Numbered from the stretch's first letter, positions 25,315 through 36,729 are shown. The stretch: 64,000 nt of DNA from Anaerovoracaceae bacterium (GCA_050953405.1 JBMNMP010000003.1:183159-247158); one strand, 5' to 3'. The notes: a model not told the origin generated them from the letters alone. Numbers and translations: made by a program.

Positions 25315-25719
25315 TCAGTTTTCTTTTTCGGTCTCTTCTGTGGCCGCTGTTTCTCCGGCAGCTTCACCGGCTTCATTTTCTGATCCGTCTTTTTCGCTGC
25401 TCTTGTCCAGCATGGCTGCCAGGGCATCCTGTCCCTTAGCTTTGCCGTTCTCAAGAGGTTTGATGTTTTCCAGGCGCACGATCACCCTGGCGATGCCGAA
25501 GAATATGAAAGCATATGCGATCCACGGTCCCACGGCGGACATGATCGAGGGCACTATCTGCATCCATGCCTGGCTGAACTTCAATCCGTACCCGCTCATG
25601 TACTGATTCACCTGACTGATCGTCGAAATGAGCGAGAAAACGCAAATAACCAGCATTACGATCGAAAGCACATACATCGTGATTTCGATTCCTGTCATTT
25701 TAGATTTTTTCTGATTCAA
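25315..25719 (-). CDS. Hypothetical membrane protein with acidic C-terminal tail
   Basis: 134 aa, two to three TM helices, Glu-rich tail. No recognised family. Confidence 0.5.
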   Translation of the reverse strand: MNQKKSKMTGIEITMYVLSIVMLVICVFSLISTISQVNQYMSGYGLKFSQAWMQIVPSIMSAVGPWIAYAFIFFGIARVIVRLENIKPLENGKAKGQDALAAMLDKSSEKDGSENEAGEAAGETAATEETEKEN

Positions 25720-25847
25720 TTTTGATAACCTTTCCTTTCGTTTGTCTTAGATACATTTTAATATTCTAAATGCTTAACCTTAAATAAACCTTACCGATTT
25801 TACACTATATGCGGTGCAATATCAAATCGACGGTCTGCGGTCAGGCC

Positions 25848-26402
25848 CTAAAAGCTCCGCGACAGGCTGCTGTAATCATTGTCGGGCAGCTTGCGCAGGA
25901 TGATCCAGGCCACGATGCCGATCACCGCACCAAAGCCGACTCCGGAGAATATGAGCACCGGGAAGTAGATGAATATGCGGATGTTTCCTATTATGAAGGC
26001 GGCGGTCAGCAGCTGCCCCGTGTTGTGCATGACACCGCCGGCGACGCTGATGCCGATGATGGAAAACAGCCGCGTGCGCTTGAGGAGCACCATCATCCCC
26101 AGGCTGAGGAGACCTCCGGCGAGTGAATAAAGTATGCCGAAGACACCTGAGAATAGGAGTCCGGCGACTACGATGCGTATCATGTTGATCATCAGTGCAT
26201 AGCGCCCGTCCAGGATGTAGAGAGCGATGATGACCACCAGGTTGGCGACACCCAGCTTGACGCCGGGGATCCCTATATTGAAAGGCAGGATCGCTTCCAC
26301 GTAGGAAAAGATGAGAGCCAGTGCGGTCATCAGGGCAACGACAGCTATTTTTTTACTTGGATATCGTGTCATACTTTTCCCCGTTTCCTTTGATCTCGAC
26401 AA
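25848..26402 (-). CDS. Gx transporter family protein (heptaprenyl diphosphate synthase component I-like)
   Basis: Recalled motifs: FSYVEAILPFNIGIPGVKLGVANLVVIIALY and GGVMHNTGQL. The start may be an internal Met. Confidence 0.75.
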   Translation of the reverse strand: MSRSKETGKSMTRYPSKKIAVVALMTALALIFSYVEAILPFNIGIPGVKLGVANLVVIIALYILDGRYALMINMIRIVVAGLLFSGVFGILYSLAGGLLSLGMMVLLKRTRLFSIIGISVAGGVMHNTGQLLTAAFIIGNIRIFIYFPVLIFSGVGFGAVIGIVAWIILRKLPDNDYSSLSRSF

Positions 26403-26718
26403 CGACTTTGTGCGGCAGGCAGATAATGGACTGCGAAGGATCGTTGATTTTCCCCTGTTTGATGCAGTCGTGGTTGCGGCAGGTGGTTGATTTCATATAG
26501 ACATAACCGTCTTTAATTGATATTATATTCCCAGTGCCGAGGTCTACCGTCCTGTCTTTCAGAAGGCTGTAGGTACCGAAGGTTTTACCGTCGATGGTGA
26601 CCACGACCTTGTTTCCGCTGACTTTGCCGGTGGAAAGATAATACGTTGCGGCCAGGCCGCAGACTATGAGGGCGATTATCAATATTATGTCTGCCTTCTT
26701 TAATATTTTGAACAACAT
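26353..26718 (-). CDS. NusG domain II-containing protein (DUF1312)
   Basis: N-terminal TM helix. YVYMKSTTCRNHDCIKQGKI...ICLPHKVVVEI is typical of the family. Confidence 0.75.
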   Translation of the reverse strand: MLFKILKKADIILIIALIVCGLAATYYLSTGKVSGNKVVVTIDGKTFGTYSLLKDRTVDLGTGNIISIKDGYVYMKSTTCRNHDCIKQGKINDPSQSIICLPHKVVVEIKGNGEKYDTISK

Positions 26719-26739
26719 GTGATACCCCCGGGAGGAACA

Positions 26740-27747
26740 ATGAAAAAGCTGCTAGTAATCATACTCATTTGTGCGTTGATAATTATACCACAAACAGGTT
26801 GCGGAAAGGAAGAACAGGTTTCCAGTGAAGGATTCTATCTGGATACCATCTGCAATATCACTATTTACAACATAGAAAAGAAAAAAGGCGAAAAGCTGAC
26901 AAAGGGAGCGCTCAAGGTATGCGACAAGTACGAAAAGATGATGAGCAAGACCGTTGACGGCTCCGACGTGGACAGAATAAACAAGGCCGGCGGCAAGCCG
27001 GTAAAGGTATCCCGGGATACACTTGATGTAATAAAGCTGGGTCTTGAGATGAGCAGGGACTCCGGCGGCAAGTTCGATATTACAGTAGGCCGGATCACCG
27101 ATCTCTGGGACTTCAAGTCGAAGAATCCCAAGGTGCCCGCGGCCGATGACATACGCGCGGCAGTGGCCACTGTAGGTTACAAACAGGTGAAGATCAAAGG
27201 CAACACGGTGCAGCTGACAAATCCGGAGACAAAAATCGATTTAGGTGCGGTAGCCAAGGGGTATATAGCTGACAGGGTGACCGATTATCTGAAGAAGAAC
27301 CATGTGGATCAGGCGATCATCAACCTCGGCGGCAACGTGGTCGCCATCGGTTCCAAGTCGAAGGGAACGCCGTGGCGCGTCGGCATCGAAAAGCCGTTCT
27401 CCGGCCGTTCCAAGATCGTGGGAGCCACGCCGGCCACTAACGAGGCCGTAGTCACCTCGGGCATATACGAGCGCGAGTTCAAAAAGAACGGCAGGATATA
27501 TCACCATATCATAGATCCGAGCACCGGCTATCCGGTGGATAATGATGTGGTATCGGATACTATCGTCGCCAGGGCGGGCAGGGCCGCCAGATGTGATGGA
27601 TATTCCACCGTCTGCCTGCTGCTTGGAGTGGACAAGGGAAAGAAGTTCATCGAAAAACAAAAAGGATTTCAGGCGCTCTTCATCGACCGCGATAATAAGA
27701 TCACCAAAACGAAGGGCATGAAATTTGAAAAAAGCGAGGACAACTAA
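26740..27747 (+). CDS. apbE: FAD:protein FMN transferase ApbE (lipoprotein)
   Basis: RBS GGGAGG before the ATG at 26740. Lipobox-like QTGC. Motifs DLGAVAKGY, NLGGNV, HHIIDPSTGYP. Confidence 0.85.
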   Translation: MKKLLVIILICALIIIPQTGCGKEEQVSSEGFYLDTICNITIYNIEKKKGEKLTKGALKVCDKYEKMMSKTVDGSDVDRINKAGGKPVKVSRDTLDVIKLGLEMSRDSGGKFDITVGRITDLWDFKSKNPKVPAADDIRAAVATVGYKQVKIKGNTVQLTNPETKIDLGAVAKGYIADRVTDYLKKNHVDQAIINLGGNVVAIGSKSKGTPWRVGIEKPFSGRSKIVGATPATNEAVVTSGIYEREFKKNGRIYHHIIDPSTGYPVDNDVVSDTIVARAGRAARCDGYSTVCLLLGVDKGKKFIEKQKGFQALFIDRDNKITKTKGMKFEKSEDN

Positions 27748-28976
27748 TGAGATTGCTGAAAGTAGATAAACTTGAAGAAGCCAGAGAAAAGCTGCAGCAG
27801 GCGGCATCCGCTTTCCGGCTGCAGGAGGAAACGGTGCCCCTGTGCGAGGCGGAGGGCCGGGTCCTCTCTCAGGACGTCAGGGCGGCGGAGTCCGTCCCCG
27901 GTTTTGCAAAGTCGACCATGGACGGTTATGCCGTGCGTGCCAAGGATACACAAGGTGTCACTGATTCGATCCCCTGTTTTCTTGAAGTGGTCGACGAAAT
28001 AAAGATCGGCCATGCGGCGGAAAAGAAGATCGGCCCGGGACAGTGCGCTTATGTGCCCACCGGAGGTATGCTGCCGGAAGGGGCAGACGCCGTGGTCATG
28101 ATAGAGTACTGCGAGCATTTCGATGATACACAGCTCGCCGTATATAACGCGGTAAGCCCGGGCAGGAACGTGGTACAGGAAGGCGAGGACATACAGAAAG
28201 ATGCGGTCATCATGAAGAGGGGCAGCTATCTGCGGCCGCAGGAAATAGCCGCGCTGGCTTCATGCGGGGTATCCGGAGTACCGCTGTACTGCAGACCGAA
28301 GATAACCATCATCTCCACAGGAGACGAACTGGTGGGTGTAGATGATGATCTGGGACCGGGACAGATAAGGGATACCAACACGTGGGGCCTCAAAGCGCAG
28401 TGCGCGCGCAGCGGCATCCAGGTGGTGCGTACAAAAGTCCTCAAAGATGATGAAGAGCTGCTGCGGAACACGATCAGGAGCGCCATGGAAGACAGCGATA
28501 TCGTGGTCACCAGCGGCGGTTCCAGCCAGGGAAAGCACGACTTTACAGCAAAGGTGATCGACGGGTTGTCGCATCCCGGAGTATTCGTACACGGCATCGC
28601 GCTCAAGCCGGGCAAGCCTACTATCATCGCCTTTGATCAGCCGAGCAGCACACTGCTGATGGGTCTGCCGGGGCATCCCGTTGCCTCCATGGTGGTCTTT
28701 GAATTCTTCGTGGTCTGGCTGCTGCGGCAGAAGATGGGCATGAAAGAACCGATGAAGTTCCCGGCGAGGATCGAGAACAATGTAGCCGGGGGAGCCGGCA
28801 GAGCTTACTGCCTCATGGTACAGCTGATCGCGGCCGAAGACGGCTGGATAGCGCGCCCGGTGCTCGGAAAGTCGGCGCTGATAACGGTGCTCACCAGGGC
28901 CGACGGCTATACGTTCATCGACACCAACAAAGAAGGACTGAAGGAAGGAGAGCAGGTGATGGTCAACCTGTTTTGA
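27747..28976 (+). CDS. moeA: Molybdopterin molybdotransferase MoeA
   Basis: 409 aa. Motifs MDGYAVRA, ISTGDEL, IRDTN, TSGGSSQGKHDF, KPGKPT. Confidence 0.85.
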   Translation: MRLLKVDKLEEAREKLQQAASAFRLQEETVPLCEAEGRVLSQDVRAAESVPGFAKSTMDGYAVRAKDTQGVTDSIPCFLEVVDEIKIGHAAEKKIGPGQCAYVPTGGMLPEGADAVVMIEYCEHFDDTQLAVYNAVSPGRNVVQEGEDIQKDAVIMKRGSYLRPQEIAALASCGVSGVPLYCRPKITIISTGDELVGVDDDLGPGQIRDTNTWGLKAQCARSGIQVVRTKVLKDDEELLRNTIRSAMEDSDIVVTSGGSSQGKHDFTAKVIDGLSHPGVFVHGIALKPGKPTIIAFDQPSSTLLMGLPGHPVASMVVFEFFVVWLLRQKMGMKEPMKFPARIENNVAGGAGRAYCLMVQLIAAEDGWIARPVLGKSALITVLTRADGYTFIDTNKEGLKEGEQVMVNLF

Positions 28977-28979
28977 GTT

Positions 28980-30917
28980 ATGGCAAAGAGAAATCTTTAT
29001 CTGGATACAATACCTGTAGAAGAGGCGCTGGACAAATATCAGCATGCACTGCAGGGCAGGCTGCAGCCGCAGTACGAGGAGATCGCGGTCACCGATTCCC
29101 TGCATCGCATCACGAAGGAGGCCGTATATGCACGATACAGTTCACCGCTGTTCAACGCCAGCGCCATGGACGGCATCGCGGTCATCGCTTCGCATACGGA
29201 GGGCGCCAGAGAGACGGAGCCCAGATTGCTGCGGGAAAATGAGGACTTTGTGGTCGTGGACACCGGGGATCCGGTGCGCGCGCCTTACGATGCGGTCATT
29301 ATGGCGGAGGACATCGTCGAGGTCGATGGCGGGGTGACCATCACGGCTTCGGCAGCTTCCTGGCAGCACATCCGCCCCGTGGGCGAAGACATTGTTGCCG
29401 GAGAAATGATCCTGCCGGGAAGGCACAAGATCCGCGCCATTGATGTAGGCGTTCTCCTCAGTGCCGGCATCACCAGGATAGAGGTCGTCAAGCTGCCGCG
29501 GGTGGCTATATTCCCGACCGGCGATGAGATAGTCGAAGCTGAGGACCTCGATGCGGGCAATGCCGATGAGATGATCGAGGCCGGCGGCATCATAGAATCC
29601 AATTCGCGTATGTTCGAGAACATGGTCATCGAAGCCGGCGCTGCGGCCGACAGGTATGCGACTCTGGTGGATGATTACGACACCATCAAAAAGGCCGTGC
29701 TCGATGCCCTCGAAGATCATGACATGGTCATCGTCAATGCGGGGTCCAGTGCCGGCCGCGATGACTACACGGTACACGTTTTCCGCGAGCTCGGCGAAGT
29801 CGTGGTCCACGGCGTGGCCATAAAACCGGGCAAGCCGGTGATCCTGGCCATAATAAACGGCAAGCCGGTGATCGGTCTCCCGGGATATCCGGTCTCCGCT
29901 TACATCGGATTCACCAATTTCGTTTCTCCGCTGCTGGCGGAGATGTGCGGCGACACGCTGCGGGGCACCGGCAGCGTGGATGCGGTGATCACGAGGCGCC
30001 TGGTCAGCAGCCTGAAGCACAGGGAATATGTGCGCGTCAAGGTCGGCAAGGTCGGCAGAAGGATGGTCGCCGCCCCGCTGGCAAGGGGCGCCGGGGCGGC
30101 CATGTCGCTGGTGCGCGCCGATGGTTTCTGCGTCATTCCGCAGCATTCCGAAGGCGTGGAAGCCGGGGAGACCGTGAGGGTGGAACTGTATCGTGAACTG
30201 GAAGAGGTGGAGAATACCGTGGTCGTCATCGGGAGCCACGATCTCATACTCGATGTGATGGCCGATATGATGCCGAACAATTACCGCGATATGTATCTGT
30301 CCAGTACCCATGTGGGCAGCATGGGAGGACTGATGGCGCTGAAGAGGGGCGAAGCTCATGTGGCGCCCACCCACCTGCTCGATGAAAAAACCGGAGAATA
30401 CAATGTGGCCGTGCTGCGCCACCTGTTCGGCAGCGGTAAGATCACGCTGGTGAAGGGTGTCGGCAGGACGCAGGGTATCATGGTCAAGAAGGGCAATCCG
30501 CTGGGTATCCGCGGCATCAAAGATCTGGCCGCAGGATCCGGGGTGCGCTATGTCAATCGTCAGCGCGGTGCGGGCACCAGAGTGCTCTTCGACTACCGTC
30601 TCCGGCAGCTGGGCATCGATCCCTCCGCTGTGAACGGATATGAACATGAGGCGGCGACGCACATGGCTGTGGCCGCGGCGGTCAAGAGCGACAGCGCGGA
30701 CGCCGGCATGGGTATACTGTCGGCTGCACGGGCTATGGATCTGGATTTTATCCCCATAGCAGATGAAGAATATGATTTTGCGATCCCCACCGAATACATG
30801 GAACTGCCGCATATCAAGGCGTTCCTGGAGATACTGACCGGCGACGAATGCAGGACACGCGTGGCCGCACTGGGCGGATACACCTTTACACGTACCGGGG
30901 AACGGATAGAGATCTGA
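28980..30917 (+). CDS. MoeA-like molybdopterin biosynthesis protein fused to a C-terminal PBP-like (molybdate/tungstate-binding type) domain
   Basis: 645 aa. The N-terminal ~400 aa are MoeA-like (MDGIAV, FPTGDEI, NAGSSAGRDDY, KPGKPV). The C-terminal ~240 aa are solute-binding-protein-like (VVIGSHDL...VNRQRGAGTR). Confidence 0.8.
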   Translation: MAKRNLYLDTIPVEEALDKYQHALQGRLQPQYEEIAVTDSLHRITKEAVYARYSSPLFNASAMDGIAVIASHTEGARETEPRLLRENEDFVVVDTGDPVRAPYDAVIMAEDIVEVDGGVTITASAASWQHIRPVGEDIVAGEMILPGRHKIRAIDVGVLLSAGITRIEVVKLPRVAIFPTGDEIVEAEDLDAGNADEMIEAGGIIESNSRMFENMVIEAGAAADRYATLVDDYDTIKKAVLDALEDHDMVIVNAGSSAGRDDYTVHVFRELGEVVVHGVAIKPGKPVILAIINGKPVIGLPGYPVSAYIGFTNFVSPLLAEMCGDTLRGTGSVDAVITRRLVSSLKHREYVRVKVGKVGRRMVAAPLARGAGAAMSLVRADGFCVIPQHSEGVEAGETVRVELYRELEEVENTVVVIGSHDLILDVMADMMPNNYRDMYLSSTHVGSMGGLMALKRGEAHVAPTHLLDEKTGEYNVAVLRHLFGSGKITLVKGVGRTQGIMVKKGNPLGIRGIKDLAAGSGVRYVNRQRGAGTRVLFDYRLRQLGIDPSAVNGYEHEAATHMAVAAAVKSDSADAGMGILSAARAMDLDFIPIADEEYDFAIPTEYMELPHIKAFLEILTGDECRTRVAALGGYTFTRTGERIEI

Positions 30918-30942
30918 GAGAACTGAAAGCGAAGAGGGAGAA

Positions 30943-31713
30943 ATGATCAAAGCAATTTTTTATGATATAGACGGGACACTGTTTTCACATCAGCAGAACA
31001 AGATACCGGACAGCGCCGTGCGGGCAGTCAACGAGGCGCACAAGAAGGGCATACGTACTGTGATCGCGACCGGAAGGCCGCTGCCGCACCTGAAGATGCT
31101 GGACCTTTCCATGATCGATGTGGACGAATACATGATCATGAACGGGCAGCTCTGCCTCGACCGCAACTACAATACGATCCTGGAGAATCCCATCGGGGCC
31201 CGGGAGACGGAGACCATACACAGGATGTTCGATGCCGGAGATCCTGCGATCATGATCCTCGAAAAAAATAAGGTCTACGTCAACAAGGTCGACGACAACA
31301 TGATGGAAGCGCTGGATTCGGTGCACACCCCGCGTCCCGCGATAGGCGAATTCAGCGGGGACAAAATATATCAGGCCATCGCTTATGTTGGTGAGGAGCG
31401 CACCGAGGAGATCAGACAGGCTGTGCCCGGATGCAAAGTCATCCGCTGGCATGAAAAGGCGCTGGACATGATCTCCAGGAACGGTAGCAAGGCCGCGGCA
31501 ATCGAAAAGTATCTGGAGCATTTTGGCATTGCACGCGAGGAATCCATGGCTTTCGGTGACGCCGGGAACGATCTGGAGATGCTGCAGTATGTCGGCATCG
31601 GCGTGGCCATGGGCAACGCTGTGGAAGCGGTCAAACAGGGTGCAGACTACATCACGGATGACATCGATGAAGACGGACTCGCCAGGGGACTGCATCACTT
31701 CGGCGTCCTCTGA
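30943..31713 (+). CDS. Cof-type HAD-IIB phosphatase
   Basis: Motifs FYDIDGTL, ATGRP, FGDAGNDLEML. Confidence 0.85.
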   Translation: MIKAIFYDIDGTLFSHQQNKIPDSAVRAVNEAHKKGIRTVIATGRPLPHLKMLDLSMIDVDEYMIMNGQLCLDRNYNTILENPIGARETETIHRMFDAGDPAIMILEKNKVYVNKVDDNMMEALDSVHTPRPAIGEFSGDKIYQAIAYVGEERTEEIRQAVPGCKVIRWHEKALDMISRNGSKAAAIEKYLEHFGIAREESMAFGDAGNDLEMLQYVGIGVAMGNAVEAVKQGADYITDDIDEDGLARGLHHFGVL

Positions 31714-31869
31714 GATATTGGCTGCCGTTGCCGGAAAAAGTGTAAGCCATCGCGAACGGTGTCAGCGTCCGCTGACGGCGCATGGGAACGATTGGAATCA
31801 CTCGATAAGGTGTGCAGAATCCGCCGGCGTGTAAGTCCAGGCTTACAGTATATTATTCTAAAATAACTT

Positions 31870-31898
31870 AAGAACGTTGAATTTTCAACGTTCTTTTC
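31870..31898 (+). terminator. Rho-independent terminator
   Basis: AAGAACGTTGA pairs with TCAACGTTCTT (11-bp stem), followed by TTTT. Confidence 0.75.
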
Positions 31899-32075
31899 TA
31901 TTGGCATGAATGTTGCTCTTTTTAATAGTAACCGGTGTTAGAGATAACGCTGAAGCAGATAACAGTTACTGAAAACTGCTGTTTGCCTGTTCGCCATTCC
32001 GCATCCTGCGGGGTGAACGAATTGAAATCATCCCTTATTTATGTTCTTAGAAAACTTTTGCAGGAAGGAGAAAGT

Positions 32076-33449
32076 ATGAGCAACAACAAAATGTCAGCTG
32101 GTCAGGAAGGCTCGTTGGAGTCTTTCGGATACAAGCAAGAATTGAACCGTACTCTAGGCCTCTGGCCGGTGGTACTTTTCGGAGCCGCTTACATGGCCCC
32201 GTGCACGATATTTTCATATTACGGCCTGATCGGTACGCAGACGCACGGCATGGTGTCCATGTGTTATCTGATAGCTACTATCGCTATGCTGTTCACGGCG
32301 CTGAGCTACCGCCAGATGGTCAAGGCGTTCCCGATCGCGGGATCCGTCTATAACTATGTAGCCCATTCGATGAAGATCGAAGTCGGCTTCATGGCGGGAT
32401 GGGCGATACTGCTGGATTATATCCTGCTTCCGATGATCAACTACATCATCGCGGCGAACTTCATCCCCATCCTGTTCCCCATGGTGCCCAGGTGGGTACA
32501 GATCGTGGTCCTCATCGCAGTGGTCACCCTGGTCAACCTTATCGGCGTCAAGGTGCTCTCGACTGTGGACAATATCCTGGTCCTCTTCCAGCTGGTCTTC
32601 GTTATCGTGGCCGTGATCTTTGCCATCAAAGTGATCATAACCAAAGATTATACCGTGGATATCAACGGACTGCTGGATGTTTCACAATTCGATACTGTCG
32701 GCATGAACGGCCTCATAGGAGGTGCGGCGATCTTATGCCTGTGCTTTCTTGGATTCGACTCGGTGACCACGCTGGCTGAAGAGACTAAAAATCCAGGCAG
32801 GACGATAGGCAACGCCCTGATCCTGCTGGTCGTCATCGTGGGCGGATATTTCGTGATCTCGACATATATTTTCCAGACTTCTTTCCCAAAGGGCTGGAAG
32901 ATCATGTCGCCGGACAACGGTGCTTATGACCTGCTGGGACATATCGCGCCGCCGATCATGGGCACGCTCCTGGTCATCTGTATGATCGCAGCCTGTGTGG
33001 CCTGTGCGATCTCTTCGCAGGCGGCCTGCGCCCGTATCCTTTACGGCATGGGTCGTGACGGACAACTGCCGAAGTTCTTCGCGCACGTCAGCAAAAAGCA
33101 TCAGGTGCCGGACTACGGCATCATTATCATCGGTGCGATTTCCCTGGTCGCTATCGGTCTTGATCTGGACGTGGCTTCCACGATGATCAACTTCGGTGCG
33201 CTGCTGGGATTTTCCATGGTTTCTCTGTCGGTCATCGTGTGGTACTGGGGAAGACAGAAAGAAAGAGGCTTCAAGGCCTTCATAACTTATCTTCTCTGCC
33301 CTTGTATCGGTATGGCGATCTGCCTTTATCTGTGGGGCAACCTGGGCAAAACAGCAATGATAATCGGTTTTATCTGGCTGGCGATCGGCGCCGTGTGCAT
33401 GCTGGTAGCCAAGAAGAAGGGCAACAAGTTAGAGATGCATCAGGAATGA
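32076..33449 (+). CDS. APC-superfamily amino acid/polyamine permease
   Basis: RBS AGGAAGGAG before the ATG at 32076. About 12 TM helices. N-terminal LNRTLGLWPVVLFGAAYMAP is typical of APC permeases. Confidence 0.8.
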   Translation: MSNNKMSAGQEGSLESFGYKQELNRTLGLWPVVLFGAAYMAPCTIFSYYGLIGTQTHGMVSMCYLIATIAMLFTALSYRQMVKAFPIAGSVYNYVAHSMKIEVGFMAGWAILLDYILLPMINYIIAANFIPILFPMVPRWVQIVVLIAVVTLVNLIGVKVLSTVDNILVLFQLVFVIVAVIFAIKVIITKDYTVDINGLLDVSQFDTVGMNGLIGGAAILCLCFLGFDSVTTLAEETKNPGRTIGNALILLVVIVGGYFVISTYIFQTSFPKGWKIMSPDNGAYDLLGHIAPPIMGTLLVICMIAACVACAISSQAACARILYGMGRDGQLPKFFAHVSKKHQVPDYGIIIIGAISLVAIGLDLDVASTMINFGALLGFSMVSLSVIVWYWGRQKERGFKAFITYLLCPCIGMAICLYLWGNLGKTAMIIGFIWLAIGAVCMLVAKKKGNKLEMHQE

Positions 33450-33485
33450 CTTCGTTCCCTGATGACATGTGCACGGGGACGGACA

Positions 33486-33527
33486 GCAGAAAAAGAAAGC
33501 CGGCGTGTGACCACCGGCTTTTCTGCA
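33486..33527 (+). terminator. Rho-independent terminator
   Basis: AAGCCGG...CCGGCTT stem, followed by TTCTGC. Confidence 0.5.
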
Positions 33528-33724
33528 AATTTGCAGTTGACAAACCCGGTACGCATGGGTTATTATTCTCATATCATATGACTGACGGAAACGTGGAATG
33601 AACCACAATGAAGTATGATTATAACAAAGCCGACCGTCTGGGCGAAAAGCCCTGAGGTGCGGCTTTTTCTATTGCGGGACCGCGCGGTGATCAAGGACCG
33701 CGGGAGCATGAAGCGGAGGAACGG

Positions 33725-34471
33725 ATGAAGGGAAGGATCCACTCGATCGAATCCATGGGACTGGTAGACGGACCCGGAGTGAGGGCAGTTGTTTTCACTC
33801 AGGGATGCCGCATCAGATGCAAGTACTGTCACAACCCGGATACCTGGGATGTGAACGGCGGCAAAGAGATCGAAGCTGAGGAACTGGTCAGCAGGATAGC
33901 GAGATTCAAGAGCTATTTCGGCAGTGAAGGCGGAGTGACCTTTTCCGGAGGTGAACCCCTGATGCAGCCTGAGTTCCTGGCGGAATGCCTCGAGCTCTGT
34001 AAAGAGGCCGGCATTCACACCTGCCTGGACACTGCGGGACAGGCGCGTACAGATGCCATGCCGCAGCAGGATGCTGACGGGAGATACCGATCGCCGCTGC
34101 TGTCGCGCGTGCTGCAGAACACCGATCTGATCCTCTTCGATATCAAGGAAACGAAGGAAGACGCTTATCGCGAGCTGACCGGAGCCGGGAGATTCCTCTC
34201 TATGGCGACGGAGGCACACATCCCCCTGTGGCTGAGGCACGTAGTCGTGCCCGGCCTGACAGATTCAAAAGCACACCTCGCTGACCTGAAAGAATATGCA
34301 GGAAACATACCGGGCGTAGAAAAGATCCAGTTGCTGCCTTATCATACGGCGGGAACGGAAAAGTACGAAAAGCTGGGCATCGCTTATCCGCTGCAGGGAA
34401 CTCCGGCAATGGATGCGGCGCTGTGCAGAGAACTGGAAAACGAGATATTCACGGGAGGAACAGTCGAATGA
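33725..34471 (+). CDS. pflA: Pyruvate formate-lyase activating enzyme (radical SAM)
   Basis: Motifs [18 protein letters not shown] and the [10 protein letters not shown] CxxxCxxC cluster. Confidence 0.9.
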   Translation: MKGRIHSIESMGLVDGPGVRAVVFTQGCRIRCKYCHNPDTWDVNGGKEIEAEELVSRIARFKSYFGSEGGVTFSGGEPLMQPEFLAECLELCKEAGIHTCLDTAGQARTDAMPQQDADGRYRSPLLSRVLQNTDLILFDIKETKEDAYRELTGAGRFLSMATEAHIPLWLRHVVVPGLTDSKAHLADLKEYAGNIPGVEKIQLLPYHTAGTEKYEKLGIAYPLQGTPAMDAALCRELENEIFTGGTVE

Positions 34472-36729
34472 TTACAGAACTCAAGAGAGAAAAACCGAAG
34501 ATGAGAAAAGAATGGGAAGGCTTTAACAGCGGCAACTGGAGGCACGTCATCGATGTGCGCAACTTCATCCAGAAGAACGTGACTCCGTATGAAGGTGATG
34601 AAAGCTTCCTCGAAGGCCCGACTGAGAGGACTGAAAAAGTCTGGGGACGCTGTCAGGAGCTGCTGGCGGAAGAACGGAAGAAGGGCATCCTGGATGTGGA
34701 AACCAGCGTGGTCAGCGGCATCGATAATTTCGAGCCGGGCTACATAGACAAGGAGAACGAGGTCATCGTCGGCCTGCAGACCGACGCGCCGCTGAAGAGG
34801 ATCATGAATCTCTACGGGGGCACCAGGATGGCGGAACAGGCCCTGGAGCAGTACGGCTATCAGATGGACCCCGAGGTGAAGAGAAGATTCCACGAGTACA
34901 GGAAGACGCACAACGAGGGCGTGTTCGATGCTTATCCCAAGAGGACCAGAGTCGCCCGTCACAACGGACTGCTGACGGGGCTGCCGGACGCTTATGGCCG
35001 CGGCAGGATCATCGGTGATTACAGGCGCGTTGCCCTTTACGGTGTGGATTATCTGATCGAGCAGAAGAAGGCCGATATCGAGATGGCTGACGGTCCGATG
35101 ACTGACGAGCTGATCCGCATGAGAGAGGAGCTGCACGAGCAGGTACGGGCCCTGGAGCAGATGAAATCGATGGCGTCGAAGTATGATGTCGATATTTCCG
35201 GCCCTGCAGGCAACGCGCAGGAAGCTATCCAGGCTGTATATATGGCTTATCTGGCCGGTGTCAAGGAAAACAACGGGGCTGCGATGTCCCTCGGCAGGAC
35301 GTCCACCTTCCTGGATATATACATCCAGAGGGATCTTGAAAGAGGGCTGCTCACAGAAAAAGAGGCCCAGGAACTGATGGATCAGTTTGTCATCAAGCTG
35401 CGTCTCGTGAGACACTTGAGGACTCCTGAATACAACGAACTGTTCGGCGGAGATCCGACCTGGGTCACAGAATCCATAGGCGGGATGAGCGTCAAGGGGA
35501 TGCCCCTGGTGACCAGGAATTCGTTCCGCATCCTGCATACTCTGGACAACATGGGAACGGCACCGGAACCCAATCTCACGGTGCTCTGGAGCCAGAACCT
35601 GCCTGAAGCTTTCAAAAGATACTGCGCCAGGATGAGCATCAAGACGGATTCCATCCAGTACGAGAGCGATGATCTGATGAGGCCTGTCTATGGAGATGAC
35701 TATGCGATCTCCTGCTGCGTGTCCGCCATGAACGTGGGCAAGCAGATGCAGTTCTTCGGAGCGCGAGCCAACCTGGCAAAGTCACTGCTCTACGCCATCA
35801 ACGGCGGCGTGGATGAACTGACGGGGGAGACTGTGGTCCCCAAGATCGAACCGATGACTGAAGACATCCTGGATTTCAACAAGGTAATGCTCAGCTACAA
35901 GAAGGTCATGAGTTATGTGGCCGGACTCTATGTGGACACCATGAACGTGATCCACTATATGCACGACAAATATGCTTATGAAGCCAGTCAGATGGCGCTG
36001 CACGATACTTATGTCGAGAGAGTGACCGCCTTCGGCATCGCCGGCCTTTCGGTGGCCGCCGATTCGCTGTCAGCAATCAAGTTCGGCGGCGTGAGACCGA
36101 TCAGGAACGAACAGGGCGTGGCCGTGGATTTCGAGATCCTGGGCGATTTCCCAAAGTACGGCAACGATGATGACGATGTGGATGACCTGGCGGTGGAGGT
36201 CGTCAAGTATTTCAGCTCGGAGCTGAAAAAGCACCCCATGTACCGCAATGCACGCCATACACTGTCGGCACTGACGATCACCAGTAACGTGATGTACGGC
36301 AAGAAAACCGGCAACACTCCGGATGGCAGGAAGCACGGTGAACCTCTGGCGCCGGGAGCGAACCCGATGCACGGACGCGATGAGAGCGGTGCTCTGGCGA
36401 GCCTGAACTCCGTCGCCAAGATCCCGTACAGGAACGTGTGTCAGGACGGGGTCTCCAACACCTGGTCGATCATCCCGCAGGCTTTGGGACAGGACGAAGA
36501 GAGCAGGGAAAAGAATCTGGTCTCCATCCTCGACGGTTATTTCATGCAGGGTGCACATCATCTCAACGTGAACGTGATGAGCAGGGATCTGCTGCTGGCG
36601 GCTTATGAACATCCGGAGGAATACCCGACGCTGACCATCAGGGTCTCCGGATATGCGGTGAACTTTGTGCGTCTTTCGCGTGAACATCAGCGCGAGGTCA
36701 TCAGAAGGACCTTCCACGAGGCCATTTAG
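34468..36729 (+). CDS. pflB: Formate C-acetyltransferase (pyruvate formate-lyase)
   Basis: ATGA overlap with the pflA stop. Glycyl-radical motif [11 protein letters not shown] near the C-terminus. Active-site region AISCCVSAM. Confidence 0.9.
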   Translation: MITELKREKPKMRKEWEGFNSGNWRHVIDVRNFIQKNVTPYEGDESFLEGPTERTEKVWGRCQELLAEERKKGILDVETSVVSGIDNFEPGYIDKENEVIVGLQTDAPLKRIMNLYGGTRMAEQALEQYGYQMDPEVKRRFHEYRKTHNEGVFDAYPKRTRVARHNGLLTGLPDAYGRGRIIGDYRRVALYGVDYLIEQKKADIEMADGPMTDELIRMREELHEQVRALEQMKSMASKYDVDISGPAGNAQEAIQAVYMAYLAGVKENNGAAMSLGRTSTFLDIYIQRDLERGLLTEKEAQELMDQFVIKLRLVRHLRTPEYNELFGGDPTWVTESIGGMSVKGMPLVTRNSFRILHTLDNMGTAPEPNLTVLWSQNLPEAFKRYCARMSIKTDSIQYESDDLMRPVYGDDYAISCCVSAMNVGKQMQFFGARANLAKSLLYAINGGVDELTGETVVPKIEPMTEDILDFNKVMLSYKKVMSYVAGLYVDTMNVIHYMHDKYAYEASQMALHDTYVERVTAFGIAGLSVAADSLSAIKFGGVRPIRNEQGVAVDFEILGDFPKYGNDDDDVDDLAVEVVKYFSSELKKHPMYRNARHTLSALTITSNVMYGKKTGNTPDGRKHGEPLAPGANPMHGRDESGALASLNSVAKIPYRNVCQDGVSNTWSIIPQALGQDEESREKNLVSILDGYFMQGAHHLNVNVMSRDLLLAAYEHPEEYPTLTIRVSGYAVNFVRLSREHQREVIRRTFHEAI

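Noticed and set aside
29142-30950. Very long antisense ORFs opposite well-supported genes: 29142..30950 (602 aa), 37097..38761 (554 aa), 12044..13180, 34384..35538, 14838..15785, 22853..23779, 50443..51522 and 43352..44269
   Set aside because: Their composition is biased toward Arg, His, Pro and Gly, which is typical of antisense frames in GC-rich coding DNA. They have no motifs. In each case the opposite strand carries a protein with clear family signatures.
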